The notes below the pieces were generated by a model, which was not told the DNA's origin, ran no database searches, and worked only from the letters and a program-made list of their open reading frames with translations. Shown here piece by piece: positions 1 through 6,989 of a stretch of 21,628 nt of DNA; positions within the stretch are counted from its first letter, which is position 1, and each line of letters opens with the position of its first letter. The stretch is from an uncultured archaeon (GTDB taxonomy: Archaea; Altiarchaeota; Altiarchaeia; JAFGQM01): assembly GCA_964592405.1 (NCBI GenBank), contig CAZQBY010000013.1, forward strand, positions 1-21,628. Direction: 5' to 3'. The translations under genes were made by a program, and so were the position numbers.

Positions 1-107
1 TGTAGTTGTCCTTTCTTGTAGTTGTGTTTTTTGGTTTTTGTTTTGGTCTGGTTTTGGTCTGCTTTTTGTTTTGCTTTTTGGTTTGTTTTGGTTTGTTTTG
101 GTTTTTG
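1..107. repeat. Low-complexity G/T-rich tract with short tandem units (TGTAGTTGT x2, TTTTGGTCTG x2, GTTTGTTTTG x2)
   Basis: Read directly. The + strand has no A between positions 21 and 107. Confidence 0.75.
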
Positions 108-128
108 ATATATTTATAGTTATTCGGG

Positions 129-725
129 CTATTCGACACATGTGTGTTTTCGTCTCATTTCCATTTCATCCTTTCCAAGGCGCTGCATAAGTTCGGCTAT
201 CAGGCCGTCGAAAAATACCATGGCAGTGTCCTCAAACAGTGTCCCCATGGGGGCCAGCGTGACACTCTGACCTTCTATCTGCCGCTTTTCATAATCCTCC
301 TTTGAGATATCAAGTTTGGTCTTTCCCTTGAGTGTAACAACAAAATCGGCCATTTTCCCCAAAGTAGATTCTGGATAGGAGGTTATTGCAACGACCATGA
401 CTCCTGCCTTTTTGGCGGAACGTGCATAGTCTATGACAGAGGAGGTTTCTCCACTGCCGGATATGCAGATGAATAAATCCTTGGGATGAGTGGCAGGGGT
501 TATTGTCTCACCAATGACGAATGTTGGTATATCCAGATGCACCAGTCTCATGGCAAAGGCGCGCGCAGCCAGACCGCTCCTCCCGGCCCCATAGATGAAT
601 ATCCTGCGGGCCTTTAATATACTCCTCAAGAGTTTCTCGACCGATTTCTCATCCACTGACTCCACGGCATTGATGATAAAATTCGCTATGCCGCGCACTG
701 TATGTTTTAAAACAGTCTCGCCCAT
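129..725 (-). CDS. hxlB: 6-phospho-3-hexuloisomerase (SIS domain, ribulose monophosphate pathway)
   Basis: 198 aa. Motifs IFIYGAGRSG, FAMRLVHL, GETITP, ISGSGET, APMGTLFE and the C-terminal RKHTCVE are typical of PHI/HxlB. Confidence 0.93.
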   Translation of the reverse strand: MGETVLKHTVRGIANFIINAVESVDEKSVEKLLRSILKARRIFIYGAGRSGLAARAFAMRLVHLDIPTFVIGETITPATHPKDLFICISGSGETSSVIDYARSAKKAGVMVVAITSYPESTLGKMADFVVTLKGKTKLDISKEDYEKRQIEGQSVTLAPMGTLFEDTAMVFFDGLIAELMQRLGKDEMEMRRKHTCVE

Positions 726-736
726 ATTAGTTTAAG

Positions 737-774
737 GACAGGAGGAATAAAAACCAAGACAGGAAGAATAAAAA
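737..774 (-). promoter_or_regulatory. Duplicated TATA-like element upstream of hxlB (21-bp period)
   Basis: GACAGGAGGAATAAAAA (737-753) and GACAGGAAGAATAAAAA (758-774). The minus strand reads TTTTTATT 21-28 nt upstream of the hxlB ATG. Confidence 0.55.
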
Positions 775-877
775 AGCAGAAGATCCTGCAACATTTGGGA
801 CTTTTATTGGATGTAAATCAAAATACCACTGCATCAACTTGGGCGGTTGCCTGTTTAGCAAGCCGCCAAGCAGTTGT

Positions 878-1077
878 GGGCCGGTAGATCAGTCCGGTTA
901 GATCGCCTGCTTTGCAGGAGCCCTTTCTTTCAAAAAGAAAGGTGCGCGAGGTTCGCGAAAGCGAACCTGCGCCCAAGTTCACAAAAGTGAACTTCGGGCT
1001 TCGCCCCAAAGAAAGGAGTGCTGAGGAATGGGTTCCAAATCAGCAGGAGGCCCCGGGTTCAAATCCCGGCCGGTCCA
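878..1077 (+). tRNA. tRNA-Ala(UGC) with intron at 37/38 (exons 878-916 and 1042-1077)
   Basis: Acceptor GGGCCGG/CCGGTCC with the G3:U70 Ala identity pair. D-stem GATC/GATC. Anticodon stem CCTGC/GCAGG with anticodon TGC at 913-915. T-arm CCGGG-TTCAAAT-CCCGG. Discriminator A1077; CCA not encoded. Confidence 0.95.
917..1041 (+). other. 125-nt archaeal tRNA intron with strict bulge-helix-bulge splice motif
   Basis: Central helix TTTG(911-914)/CAAA(1036-1039). 3-nt bulges C-A|G and T-C|A. Outer helix GAGCCC(918-923)/GGGTTC(1030-1035). Splicing restores the 7-nt loop TTTGCAA. Confidence 0.9.
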
Positions 1078-1256
1078 TCTCATTCGCAGCGGCTCGGCAT
1101 CGATGGCCCGGCCTTATGTCAAGACGGTTACTGGGCTGATGAGTCTTAACATCCCGGCCGGTCCACTCATAGGCATAAAGGCAATATCGTGTACCGTCCT
1201 TATGCCAGGAAGCAAAGGCTAAGGAAGTAACTTCCTGTCATCCCGGCCGGTCCACT
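1063..1256 (+). repeat. tRNA-3'-end-anchored tandem array: ATCCCGGCCGGTCCA x3 (1063-1077, 1151-1165, 1240-1254), period 88/89 bp
   Basis: Exact 15-bp copies of the tRNA-Ala 3' end. The intervening segments are diverged homologs of each other, and each folds into a long imperfect hairpin. Confidence 0.9.
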
Positions 1257-1257
1257 A

Positions 1258-1307
1258 CAACCTTTTAGGAAAAGGTTGATCAAAAATGGCGGGTTACGAT
1301 GTGACCC
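1258..1307. repeat. Palindromic element CAACCTTTT-AGG-AAAAGGTTG(ATCAAAAA) plus hairpin GGGTTAC-GAT-GTGACCC
   Basis: Perfect 9-bp inverted repeat 1258-1278 and a 7-bp stem 1291-1307 with one G:T pair. Confidence 0.65.
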
Positions 1308-1319
1308 ACCGAGCTTGGC

Positions 1320-1331
1320 TTTTTTAATAAA
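1320..1331 (+). promoter_or_regulatory. Putative TATA box of tRNA-Lys
   Basis: TTTTTAATAAA about 25-30 nt upstream of the tRNA 5' end at 1355. Confidence 0.55.
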
Positions 1332-1354
1332 GCAGAGCTAAATAGTCGCTTCAT

Positions 1355-1429
1355 GGGCCCGTAGCTCAGTCTGGTCAGAGCACCTGGCTTTTAACCAGGG
1401 AGTCGCGGGTTCGAATCCCGTCGGGCCCA
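1355..1429 (+). tRNA. tRNA-Lys(UUU), intronless
   Basis: Acceptor GGGCCCG/CGGGCCC. D-stem GCTC/GAGC. Anticodon arm CCTGG-CTTTTAA-CCAGG with TTT at 1390-1392. T-loop TTCGAAT. Discriminator A1429. Confidence 0.96.
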
Positions 1430-1540
1430 TTTCGTTTTGTGGATATCACTAAGCACATGAGACCGGATAATTTCGAGCAAAGATTTTAAACCATAGTTTT
1501 GTAATTAAAGCCTGTTTTCAATTTCTAAATGGTGCTGAGA

Positions 1541-2923
1541 ATGGAGACAAAATATATTCTGGATGAGAACGAGATTCCAAAAAAGTGGTATAATATTCTA
1601 CCTGACCTGCCAAAACCGCTGGAGCCGCCAATAAACCCCGGGACCATGAAGCCATTGGGGCCAAAGGATCTGGCGCCCCTTTTTCCCATGGAGCTCATCA
1701 AGCAGGAGATGAGCATGGAGCGTGAGATACCAATACCCGCCGAAGTAAGGGATATTTACACCATGTGGAGGCCATCTCCCCTCTACAGGGCACACCGGTT
1801 GGAGAAGTTTCTGAAGACTCCAGCCAAGATATTCTACAAGTGGGAGGGTGTCAGCCCGCCGGGGAGCCACAAACCAAATACGGCAGTAGCACAGGCATAT
1901 TATAATGTGAAAGAAGGCACCGAGAGGATAACCACCGAGACAGGTGCCGGTCAGTGGGGATCCTCGCTGGCATTCGCATGCAAGATGTTTGACCTGCAGT
2001 GCAAGGTTTACATGGTGAGGTGCAGCTTCGAACAGAAGCCCTACCGGAAGATAATGATGAAAACGTGGGGTGCAGAATGCGTTGCCTCGCCGAGCAGGGA
2101 CACAGAAGCCGGCAGGAAGATACTGGCAGAGGACCCGGACTGCCCCGGCTCACTGGGTATAGCCATAAGTGAGGCGGTGGAGGATGCGGCCACTCACGAC
2201 AACACGCACTACTCACTGGGCTCCGTCCTCAACCATGTGTTGCTCCACCAGACTGTCGTTGGTCTTGAGGCAAAGAAGCAGCTGGAGATGGCCGGAGTAG
2301 AGAGTCCGGATATCGTCATTGGATGTGTGGGCGGTGGTTCAAACTATGCAGGACTGGCGCTTCCTTTTGTCAGGGACAGGATAAAGGAGAAAAAGGACAT
2401 AAAGTTTATAGGTGTGGAACCGGCTTCCTGCCCCACAATGACCAAGGGGCCATTCACCTATGACTTCGGTGACACCGCCAAGATGACCCCGCTCCTGAAG
2501 ATGTACACGCTCGGGCACGGATTTATACCGCCAAGCATACATGCCGGCGGACTAAGATACCATGGTATGGCACCGCTGATCAGCGCACTGACCAAAGAGG
2601 GGATAATAGAGGCGCGCGCGGAACACCAGCTTGGGTGTTTCAAGGCTGCAGTGGACTTCGCTAGGACAGAGGGCTTCATAGTAGCACCGGAGACCTCACA
2701 TGCGGTGAAGGCGGCAATAGACGAGGCAGTAAAGGCCAAGAAGGAGGGTAAAGAGAAGGTAATAATCTTCAACTGCTCAGGTCATGGCAACCTTGATCTG
2801 GCAGCATATGACGACTACTTTGGCGGCAAGCTGAGGGATTATTCCTATCCGGAAGAAAAGATCAAAGAGGCCCTGAAAGATGTGCCGGATACAAGCGCGC
2901 TCTGTGAGAAGGGGCTGGGGTAG
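1541..2923 (+). CDS. trpB2: TrpB-like PLP-dependent enzyme, type 2 tryptophan synthase beta chain
   Basis: [16 protein letters not shown] (PLP lysine), [33 protein letters not shown]. Start is 1541 (GGTG just upstream) or 1529. Confidence 0.93.
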   Translation: METKYILDENEIPKKWYNILPDLPKPLEPPINPGTMKPLGPKDLAPLFPMELIKQEMSMEREIPIPAEVRDIYTMWRPSPLYRAHRLEKFLKTPAKIFYKWEGVSPPGSHKPNTAVAQAYYNVKEGTERITTETGAGQWGSSLAFACKMFDLQCKVYMVRCSFEQKPYRKIMMKTWGAECVASPSRDTEAGRKILAEDPDCPGSLGIAISEAVEDAATHDNTHYSLGSVLNHVLLHQTVVGLEAKKQLEMAGVESPDIVIGCVGGGSNYAGLALPFVRDRIKEKKDIKFIGVEPASCPTMTKGPFTYDFGDTAKMTPLLKMYTLGHGFIPPSIHAGGLRYHGMAPLISALTKEGIIEARAEHQLGCFKAAVDFARTEGFIVAPETSHAVKAAIDEAVKAKKEGKEKVIIFNCSGHGNLDLAAYDDYFGGKLRDYSYPEEKIKEALKDVPDTSALCEKGLG

Positions 2924-2980
2924 CGGATATGATTTGGGGGAAGACACAATTTATATTCCACGAACGGGAAGTTAAGCAGT

Positions 2981-3985
2981 ATGAACCCGCGCATGGCCTA
3001 CCTCGTAGTCATAGGTCTTGTTCTTCTTCCACTAGCGCAGGCAACATCACGCTGTCCTGCTAATGATCCCCATGTAGGCCCATATAACCGTGTGGAGATA
3101 CTGCCCAAGGGCTACAAACTTGTTGATGTCGAGTTTACCGTGAAGGCAGTGCGGGTAGATGGCAGGGAAGAGACGCCTCTCTCTGGCCGGCCCGTCAGGA
3201 TATACCGCTATGAGGGGGCCAGAAAGGTGTTAATAGACAGTGGAATCACCAACAGTCTGGGGGAGTATAAATACACGCCCACCAAGCTGGGGAGGTATAT
3301 GGTAGAGTGTGCCGGAAAGGCCCCAACCTTCGAGGTCAAGAGGCTCCTGGACGACCCGACCGATTTTGGCGCTGTCTGCGGAAACGGCATCTGTGAGAGC
3401 GATAAGATGGAGAATAATGAGAACTGTCCGGATGACTGCGCCATCTGCGGAAACGCCATATGTGAGCAGGGTGAGGACAAGGAGAACTGTCCGGATGACT
3501 GTATAATCTGTGGAGATGGTATTTGCGACCCGCCTGAATATTCCCCTGAAGCCTGTAGCTGCAGAGAGGATTGTATAATCTGTGGAGACGGCAGATGTGA
3601 TCTGGCCCATAATGAAGTGTGTCCAGAAGACTGTGGTGGAGATGAGGAGGAAATGCCCAAGCAGGGGTTATTGGAGACATATTGGTGGGTCATAGGAGTA
3701 ATTGTCATAATCATCATAAGTTTCCTGATTGGCAGGCTGAGAGGAGAAAGGGAAGGCAAGAGTGGCGGGAAGGAGGATAAAAAAACGGCCGGAGGCAGCA
3801 GGAGTAGCAAGGCTAGGGGCAGGGAGAAAAATCTGGAGGATGACAGAGAGATCGAAGAGATAATCCAAGAGCTCATGGACAACGGGTTCTCAGACAAGAG
3901 GATACGGGGCAAGCTCGTGGAATTTGGACTTGACGCCAAGGAAGCTGACAGGCTGATAAAGAAGGCGAAGAAAGGCCGGAAATGA
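2981..3985 (+). CDS. Cys-rich single-pass membrane protein (signal peptide, beta-rich domain, 4 CG(N/D)xxC...CxxDC repeats, TM helix, charged cytoplasmic tail)
   Basis: N-terminal hydrophobic signal; repeats such as CGNGICES..ENCPDDC; TM segment YWWVIGVIVIIIISFLIG; TATA-like TTTATATT about 25-30 nt upstream. Confidence 0.85.
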   Translation: MNPRMAYLVVIGLVLLPLAQATSRCPANDPHVGPYNRVEILPKGYKLVDVEFTVKAVRVDGREETPLSGRPVRIYRYEGARKVLIDSGITNSLGEYKYTPTKLGRYMVECAGKAPTFEVKRLLDDPTDFGAVCGNGICESDKMENNENCPDDCAICGNAICEQGEDKENCPDDCIICGDGICDPPEYSPEACSCREDCIICGDGRCDLAHNEVCPEDCGGDEEEMPKQGLLETYWWVIGVIVIIIISFLIGRLRGEREGKSGGKEDKKTAGGSRSSKARGREKNLEDDREIEEIIQELMDNGFSDKRIRGKLVEFGLDAKEADRLIKKAKKGRK

Positions 3986-4290
3986 GATACGGCACTATGG
4001 CAATTGCGCTGGTTGTGGCGATGATGTTCCTAGTAACAACCAGTGCTGTTGAATGTCCGTTCAGCAGATACCGTCCAAAGGATTACTCCGATGTCAGGAT
4101 ATCTCCCATTGAAAAGTATGTGGCAGAGGAGATCATCTTCAGAATAAAGGATGTCAGCAAGGAAGGTGAGGAATTTCCGGCTCCTGGCAGGGTTCTTCTC
4201 GTGGATGCTGGACAAATCAGGAGTCGTTTAGTTTCTCAAGGATGGAGCTGCTTGAGTAGAAGCCTCCCTCGAGCTTCTTTTCTATCCTGA
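3982..4290 (+). pseudogene. Truncated paralog of the N-terminus of the 2981-3985 protein
   Basis: ATGA-coupled to the previous gene; has a signal peptide. ECPFSRYRPKDYSDVRISP..FRIKDVSKEGEEFPAPGR aligns with RCPANDPHVGPYNRVEILP..FTVKAVRVDGREETPLSGR. The frame then runs 74 nt antisense into ribL. Confidence 0.6.
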
Positions 4291-4633
4291 CGATACGGGC
4301 CTTGGAGCCCAGAGCAGAAAGCTGCTCCCTCAGCCAGTCCTCGTCTATGTCCTGGTCATGGCCCAGGGCGATCACGTCCGGCTTGATGACTGATATTAGC
4401 TTCATCGGGTCCTTCTCATCCCCCACGAAGACCCTGTCCACAGGCTTCAAAGCCCTCACCATCTCTGCCCTCTGTTCCTGCGGCAGGATGAAGCCCTTTT
4501 TGAGCTTCTTGGTTATGGCATCGCTGGAGACTATGACATCCAGCTCGTCCCCCAGCTTCTTCGCCTCTTCCAGGAAAAACAGATGGCCCGGGTGGAGTAT
4601 GTTGAACACGCCGGCCGCCAGGACTTTCGTCAT
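4217..4633 (-). CDS. ribL: Archaeal FAD synthase (cytidylyltransferase-like, HxGH family)
   Basis: VLAAGVFNILHPGH, LEEAKKLGDEL, QRAEMVRALKPVD, IKPDVIALGHDQ, YSSSSI. Confidence 0.85.
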   Translation of the reverse strand: MTKVLAAGVFNILHPGHLFFLEEAKKLGDELDVIVSSDAITKKLKKGFILPQEQRAEMVRALKPVDRVFVGDEKDPMKLISVIKPDVIALGHDQDIDEDWLREQLSALGSKARIVRIEKKLEGGFYSSSSILEKLNDS

Positions 4634-4645
4634 GGTGATTTATTA

Positions 4646-4688
4646 CATGACCAAATAAATATACTGCATGACCAAATAAATATACTGC
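4646..4688. promoter_or_regulatory. Perfect 21-bp tandem duplication CATGACCAAATAAATATACTG in the divergent ribL/thiL promoter
   Basis: Copies at 4646-4666 and 4667-4687, each containing TAAATATA. TGCTCAAATGA is also repeated at 4686-4696 and 4700-4710. Confidence 0.8.
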
Positions 4689-4706
4689 TCAAATGATAGT
4701 GCTCAA

Positions 4707-5699
4707 ATGAAACTCAAAGAGCTGGGGGAAGACAGGATAATCGCCTGGATCAGGGAATTCCTGGGCAAGCCGCGCGGAGTGGCGGTGGGCGCGGGGGACG
4801 ACGCTGCCGTGGTTAAGCTGGGGGACACCTACCTGACCATAGGGACTGACATGATTCAGGAGGGCAGCCACATCTACAAGGGCATGACCCCATATCAGGC
4901 CGGGCGGAAGGCGGCAGTCGTCAACTTCTCCGACCTGGCCTCGATGGGCGCACAGCCCCGGGGTTTTCTCCTGTCCATAAGCATAAGCGAGAAGGAGGAC
5001 TTCTCTAAGTTCAAGGAGATATTCCACGGGGTTGAGGCAGCCTGCCAGGAGGCGGGCGCGAGGTTCATCGGCGGGGACATGAACAGGGGCCGGAGGCTCG
5101 TGCTGGACGGGGTCGCCTTTGGGACCCTAAAGAAGAAGGAGATTATGCGGAGGACTGGCGCGCGGCCCGGGGACATAGTCGCGGTGACAGGCCATCTGGG
5201 CTCAGCAGCCTGCGGGTGGCAGATACTGGAGAAGGGCCTGGATCTCAGGAGGTTCGATGAGGAGACGCGGACAAGGATTGAGAAGAACATCATAAGCCCC
5301 TGCCTCGAGCCGAGGGCCCGGGTGAAAGAGGGGAGGATAATGGCGAAGAGCGGCTGCGTCACGTCATGCACCGACATCTCCGACGGGCTGGCCTTCTCGC
5401 TCGGCTACATGCGCGACGGCTATGGCTTTGAAATCTTCGAGGAGAAGGTGCCTGTCAGAAGGGAATTTAACCTGGTCTGCGACGCGTTCAAGCTGGACAA
5501 GGACCTGCTGAGATATCACATAGGCGAGGACTTCGAGCTGCTATGCACGGTCAAGCGCAATAGGTTCAGATACCTGAAGGAGAAGATCCCGAGCCTGTCG
5601 GAGATTGGGGTAGTCACTGAAGGCAGCAGGATAAAAATAAGGAAAGCGGACGGCAGCACCGAGACCCTGAAGCCGTCCGGCTACAACCACTTCTCTTAA
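4707..5699 (+). CDS. thiL: Thiamine-monophosphate kinase
   Basis: LKELGE, GAGDDAAVV, NFSDLASMGAQP, IGGDMN, GARPGDIVAVTGHLG, DISDGL, GEDFELL, GYNHF. Confidence 0.95.
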   Translation: MKLKELGEDRIIAWIREFLGKPRGVAVGAGDDAAVVKLGDTYLTIGTDMIQEGSHIYKGMTPYQAGRKAAVVNFSDLASMGAQPRGFLLSISISEKEDFSKFKEIFHGVEAACQEAGARFIGGDMNRGRRLVLDGVAFGTLKKKEIMRRTGARPGDIVAVTGHLGSAACGWQILEKGLDLRRFDEETRTRIEKNIISPCLEPRARVKEGRIMAKSGCVTSCTDISDGLAFSLGYMRDGYGFEIFEEKVPVRREFNLVCDAFKLDKDLLRYHIGEDFELLCTVKRNRFRYLKEKIPSLSEIGVVTEGSRIKIRKADGSTETLKPSGYNHFS

Positions 5700-5719
5700 T
5701 TCTCCTACCCTTAATTCCT

Positions 5720-6661
5720 CTAGATGTACTCTATAGTGCTCGGCGGCTTTGGAGTCAGGTCATAGACCACCTTGACGACACCGGGGACCTCCGCGCATAT
5801 CCTCTGCTGAAGCCTCTCCAGCTTGTCCCAGCCGAGCTTTGTGACGCCTGCAGTGACCGCATCCCTGCTCTCGACGCAGCGGACGGCGATTATCTGGCCG
5901 AAGCGCCTTTTCCCGTCCTCGGTTATGCCGGTCGCCCGGTCCTTGAAGAGGACGGCCAGATACTGGAACGCCCCGCTGTCCCTGAGCTCCTCCTCAACTA
6001 TCTTGGTGGCCTTCCTCACGGTTTCCACCCTCTCGGGAGTCACCTCCCCTATGACGCGCGCGGATAGGCCGGGACCGCAGAAGGGCATCCGGTTGTAGAC
6101 GGACTCCGGCAATCCAAGCGCCTTGGCGACCATGCGGACCTGGGGCTTGTAGAGCTCTATCAGCGGCTCCATGACCTTCTCCAGCCCCCAGCTTGAGGTG
6201 TCAAGGCCTATCTGCTCCAGGACATTGTGCTGGGATTTGACTCCCCCGACAGTCTCCTTTATGTCGGCGGCTATGGTGCCCTGGAACATGAACTTGGCGC
6301 CGCTCTCCTTGACTATCCTTCCCAGGACTGTGTAGAAGATGTCCCTGAATGCCTTCCGCTTCTCCTCCGGGTCCTCCTTGCCCTTGAGGGCTGCGAAGAA
6401 CTCGTCGGCAACGTCTTTTATCTCCACGTCTATGCCGTATTTGGCAAAGGTCTCCTTCACCTGCTCCGGCTCGCCCTCCCGCATCAAGCCGTCCTGCAGA
6501 AAGAAGCACTCCAGCTGATCGCCTATGGCCTTGTGGGCCAGCATCGCCACTACCGAGCTGTCCACACCTCCAGAAAGTGCGCATATGGCCTTCTCGTCGC
6601 CTACGGTCTTCTTTATCTCATCTATCTTCTCCTCTATGAATGAATCGGTATCAAGCTCCAT
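5720..6661 (-). CDS. guaAB: GMP synthase subunit B (ATP pyrophosphatase subunit of the split archaeal enzyme)
   Basis: ALSGGVDSSV PP-loop, DPEEKRK, QGTIAAD, VKSQHNV, PFCGPGLS, VVYDLTPKPPSTIEY. No glutaminase domain. Confidence 0.93.
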   Translation of the reverse strand: MELDTDSFIEEKIDEIKKTVGDEKAICALSGGVDSSVVAMLAHKAIGDQLECFFLQDGLMREGEPEQVKETFAKYGIDVEIKDVADEFFAALKGKEDPEEKRKAFRDIFYTVLGRIVKESGAKFMFQGTIAADIKETVGGVKSQHNVLEQIGLDTSSWGLEKVMEPLIELYKPQVRMVAKALGLPESVYNRMPFCGPGLSARVIGEVTPERVETVRKATKIVEEELRDSGAFQYLAVLFKDRATGITEDGKRRFGQIIAVRCVESRDAVTAGVTKLGWDKLERLQQRICAEVPGVVKVVYDLTPKPPSTIEYI

Positions 6662-6665
6662 TTTT

Positions 6666-6989
6666 TCACCAGTTTATGCTGAACGAGTCGAACTCGCCGG
6701 TTGGCTCCTCCCATTTGGTGTCGACGCTTTTCACTTCAGCTCCGGGCGGTCCCCGCGCGCACCACTGGAGCATCCTCCCGACGGCCTCCCTGCTTCCCTC
6801 AAAGACCGCCTCGACTCTTCCGTCGGGCAGGTTTCTGACCCAGCCGGTCAGACCAAGTCTCGTGGCCTCGTCGCGCGTCGTGGCTCTGAAAAAGACCCCC
6901 TGCACGACTCCTGATATGAATACATGAGCCCTAGCCCGGCCCTTATGATCCTTATGATGAAACATTATGAGAATCAGCTCACTTCTCAA
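6666..6989 (-). CDS. acyP: Acylphosphatase
   Basis: ISGVVQGVFFR, LGLTGWVRNLPDGRVE, GPPGAEV. Start codon uncertain. Confidence 0.92.
   Translation of the reverse strand: MRSELILIMFHHKDHKGRARAHVFISGVVQGVFFRATTRDEATRLGLTGWVRNLPDGRVEAVFEGSREAVGRMLQWCARGPPGAEVKSVDTKWEEPTGEFDSFSINW

Noticed and set aside
839-869. Imperfect hairpin GGCGGTTGC...GCAAGCCGCC upstream of tRNA-Ala as a separate ncRNA
   Set aside because: Single short stem with no recognisable motif; most likely leader or promoter-region structure.
914-1049. GCAGGAG direct repeat (914-920, 1043-1049) as an insertion boundary
   Set aside because: Removing the segment between the copies leaves a 3-nt anticodon loop, whereas BHB splicing gives the correct 7-nt loop.
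1136-1143. CTGATGAG as a hammerhead core or box C
   Set aside because: No GAAA follows a stem II, there is no suitably placed box D, and the motif is not kept in unit 2.
818-1222. Short ORFs 818-1009, 912-1139 and 1028-1222
   Set aside because: They overlap the tRNA-Ala gene, its intron and the repeat array, and show no protein-like features.
1063-1256. CRISPR or TIGR-type guide array
   Set aside because: The repeat is only 15-18 bp and is the tRNA end. The 73-74-bp intervening segments are homologous to each other rather than unique spacers. No cas or Nop-domain gene is in the window.
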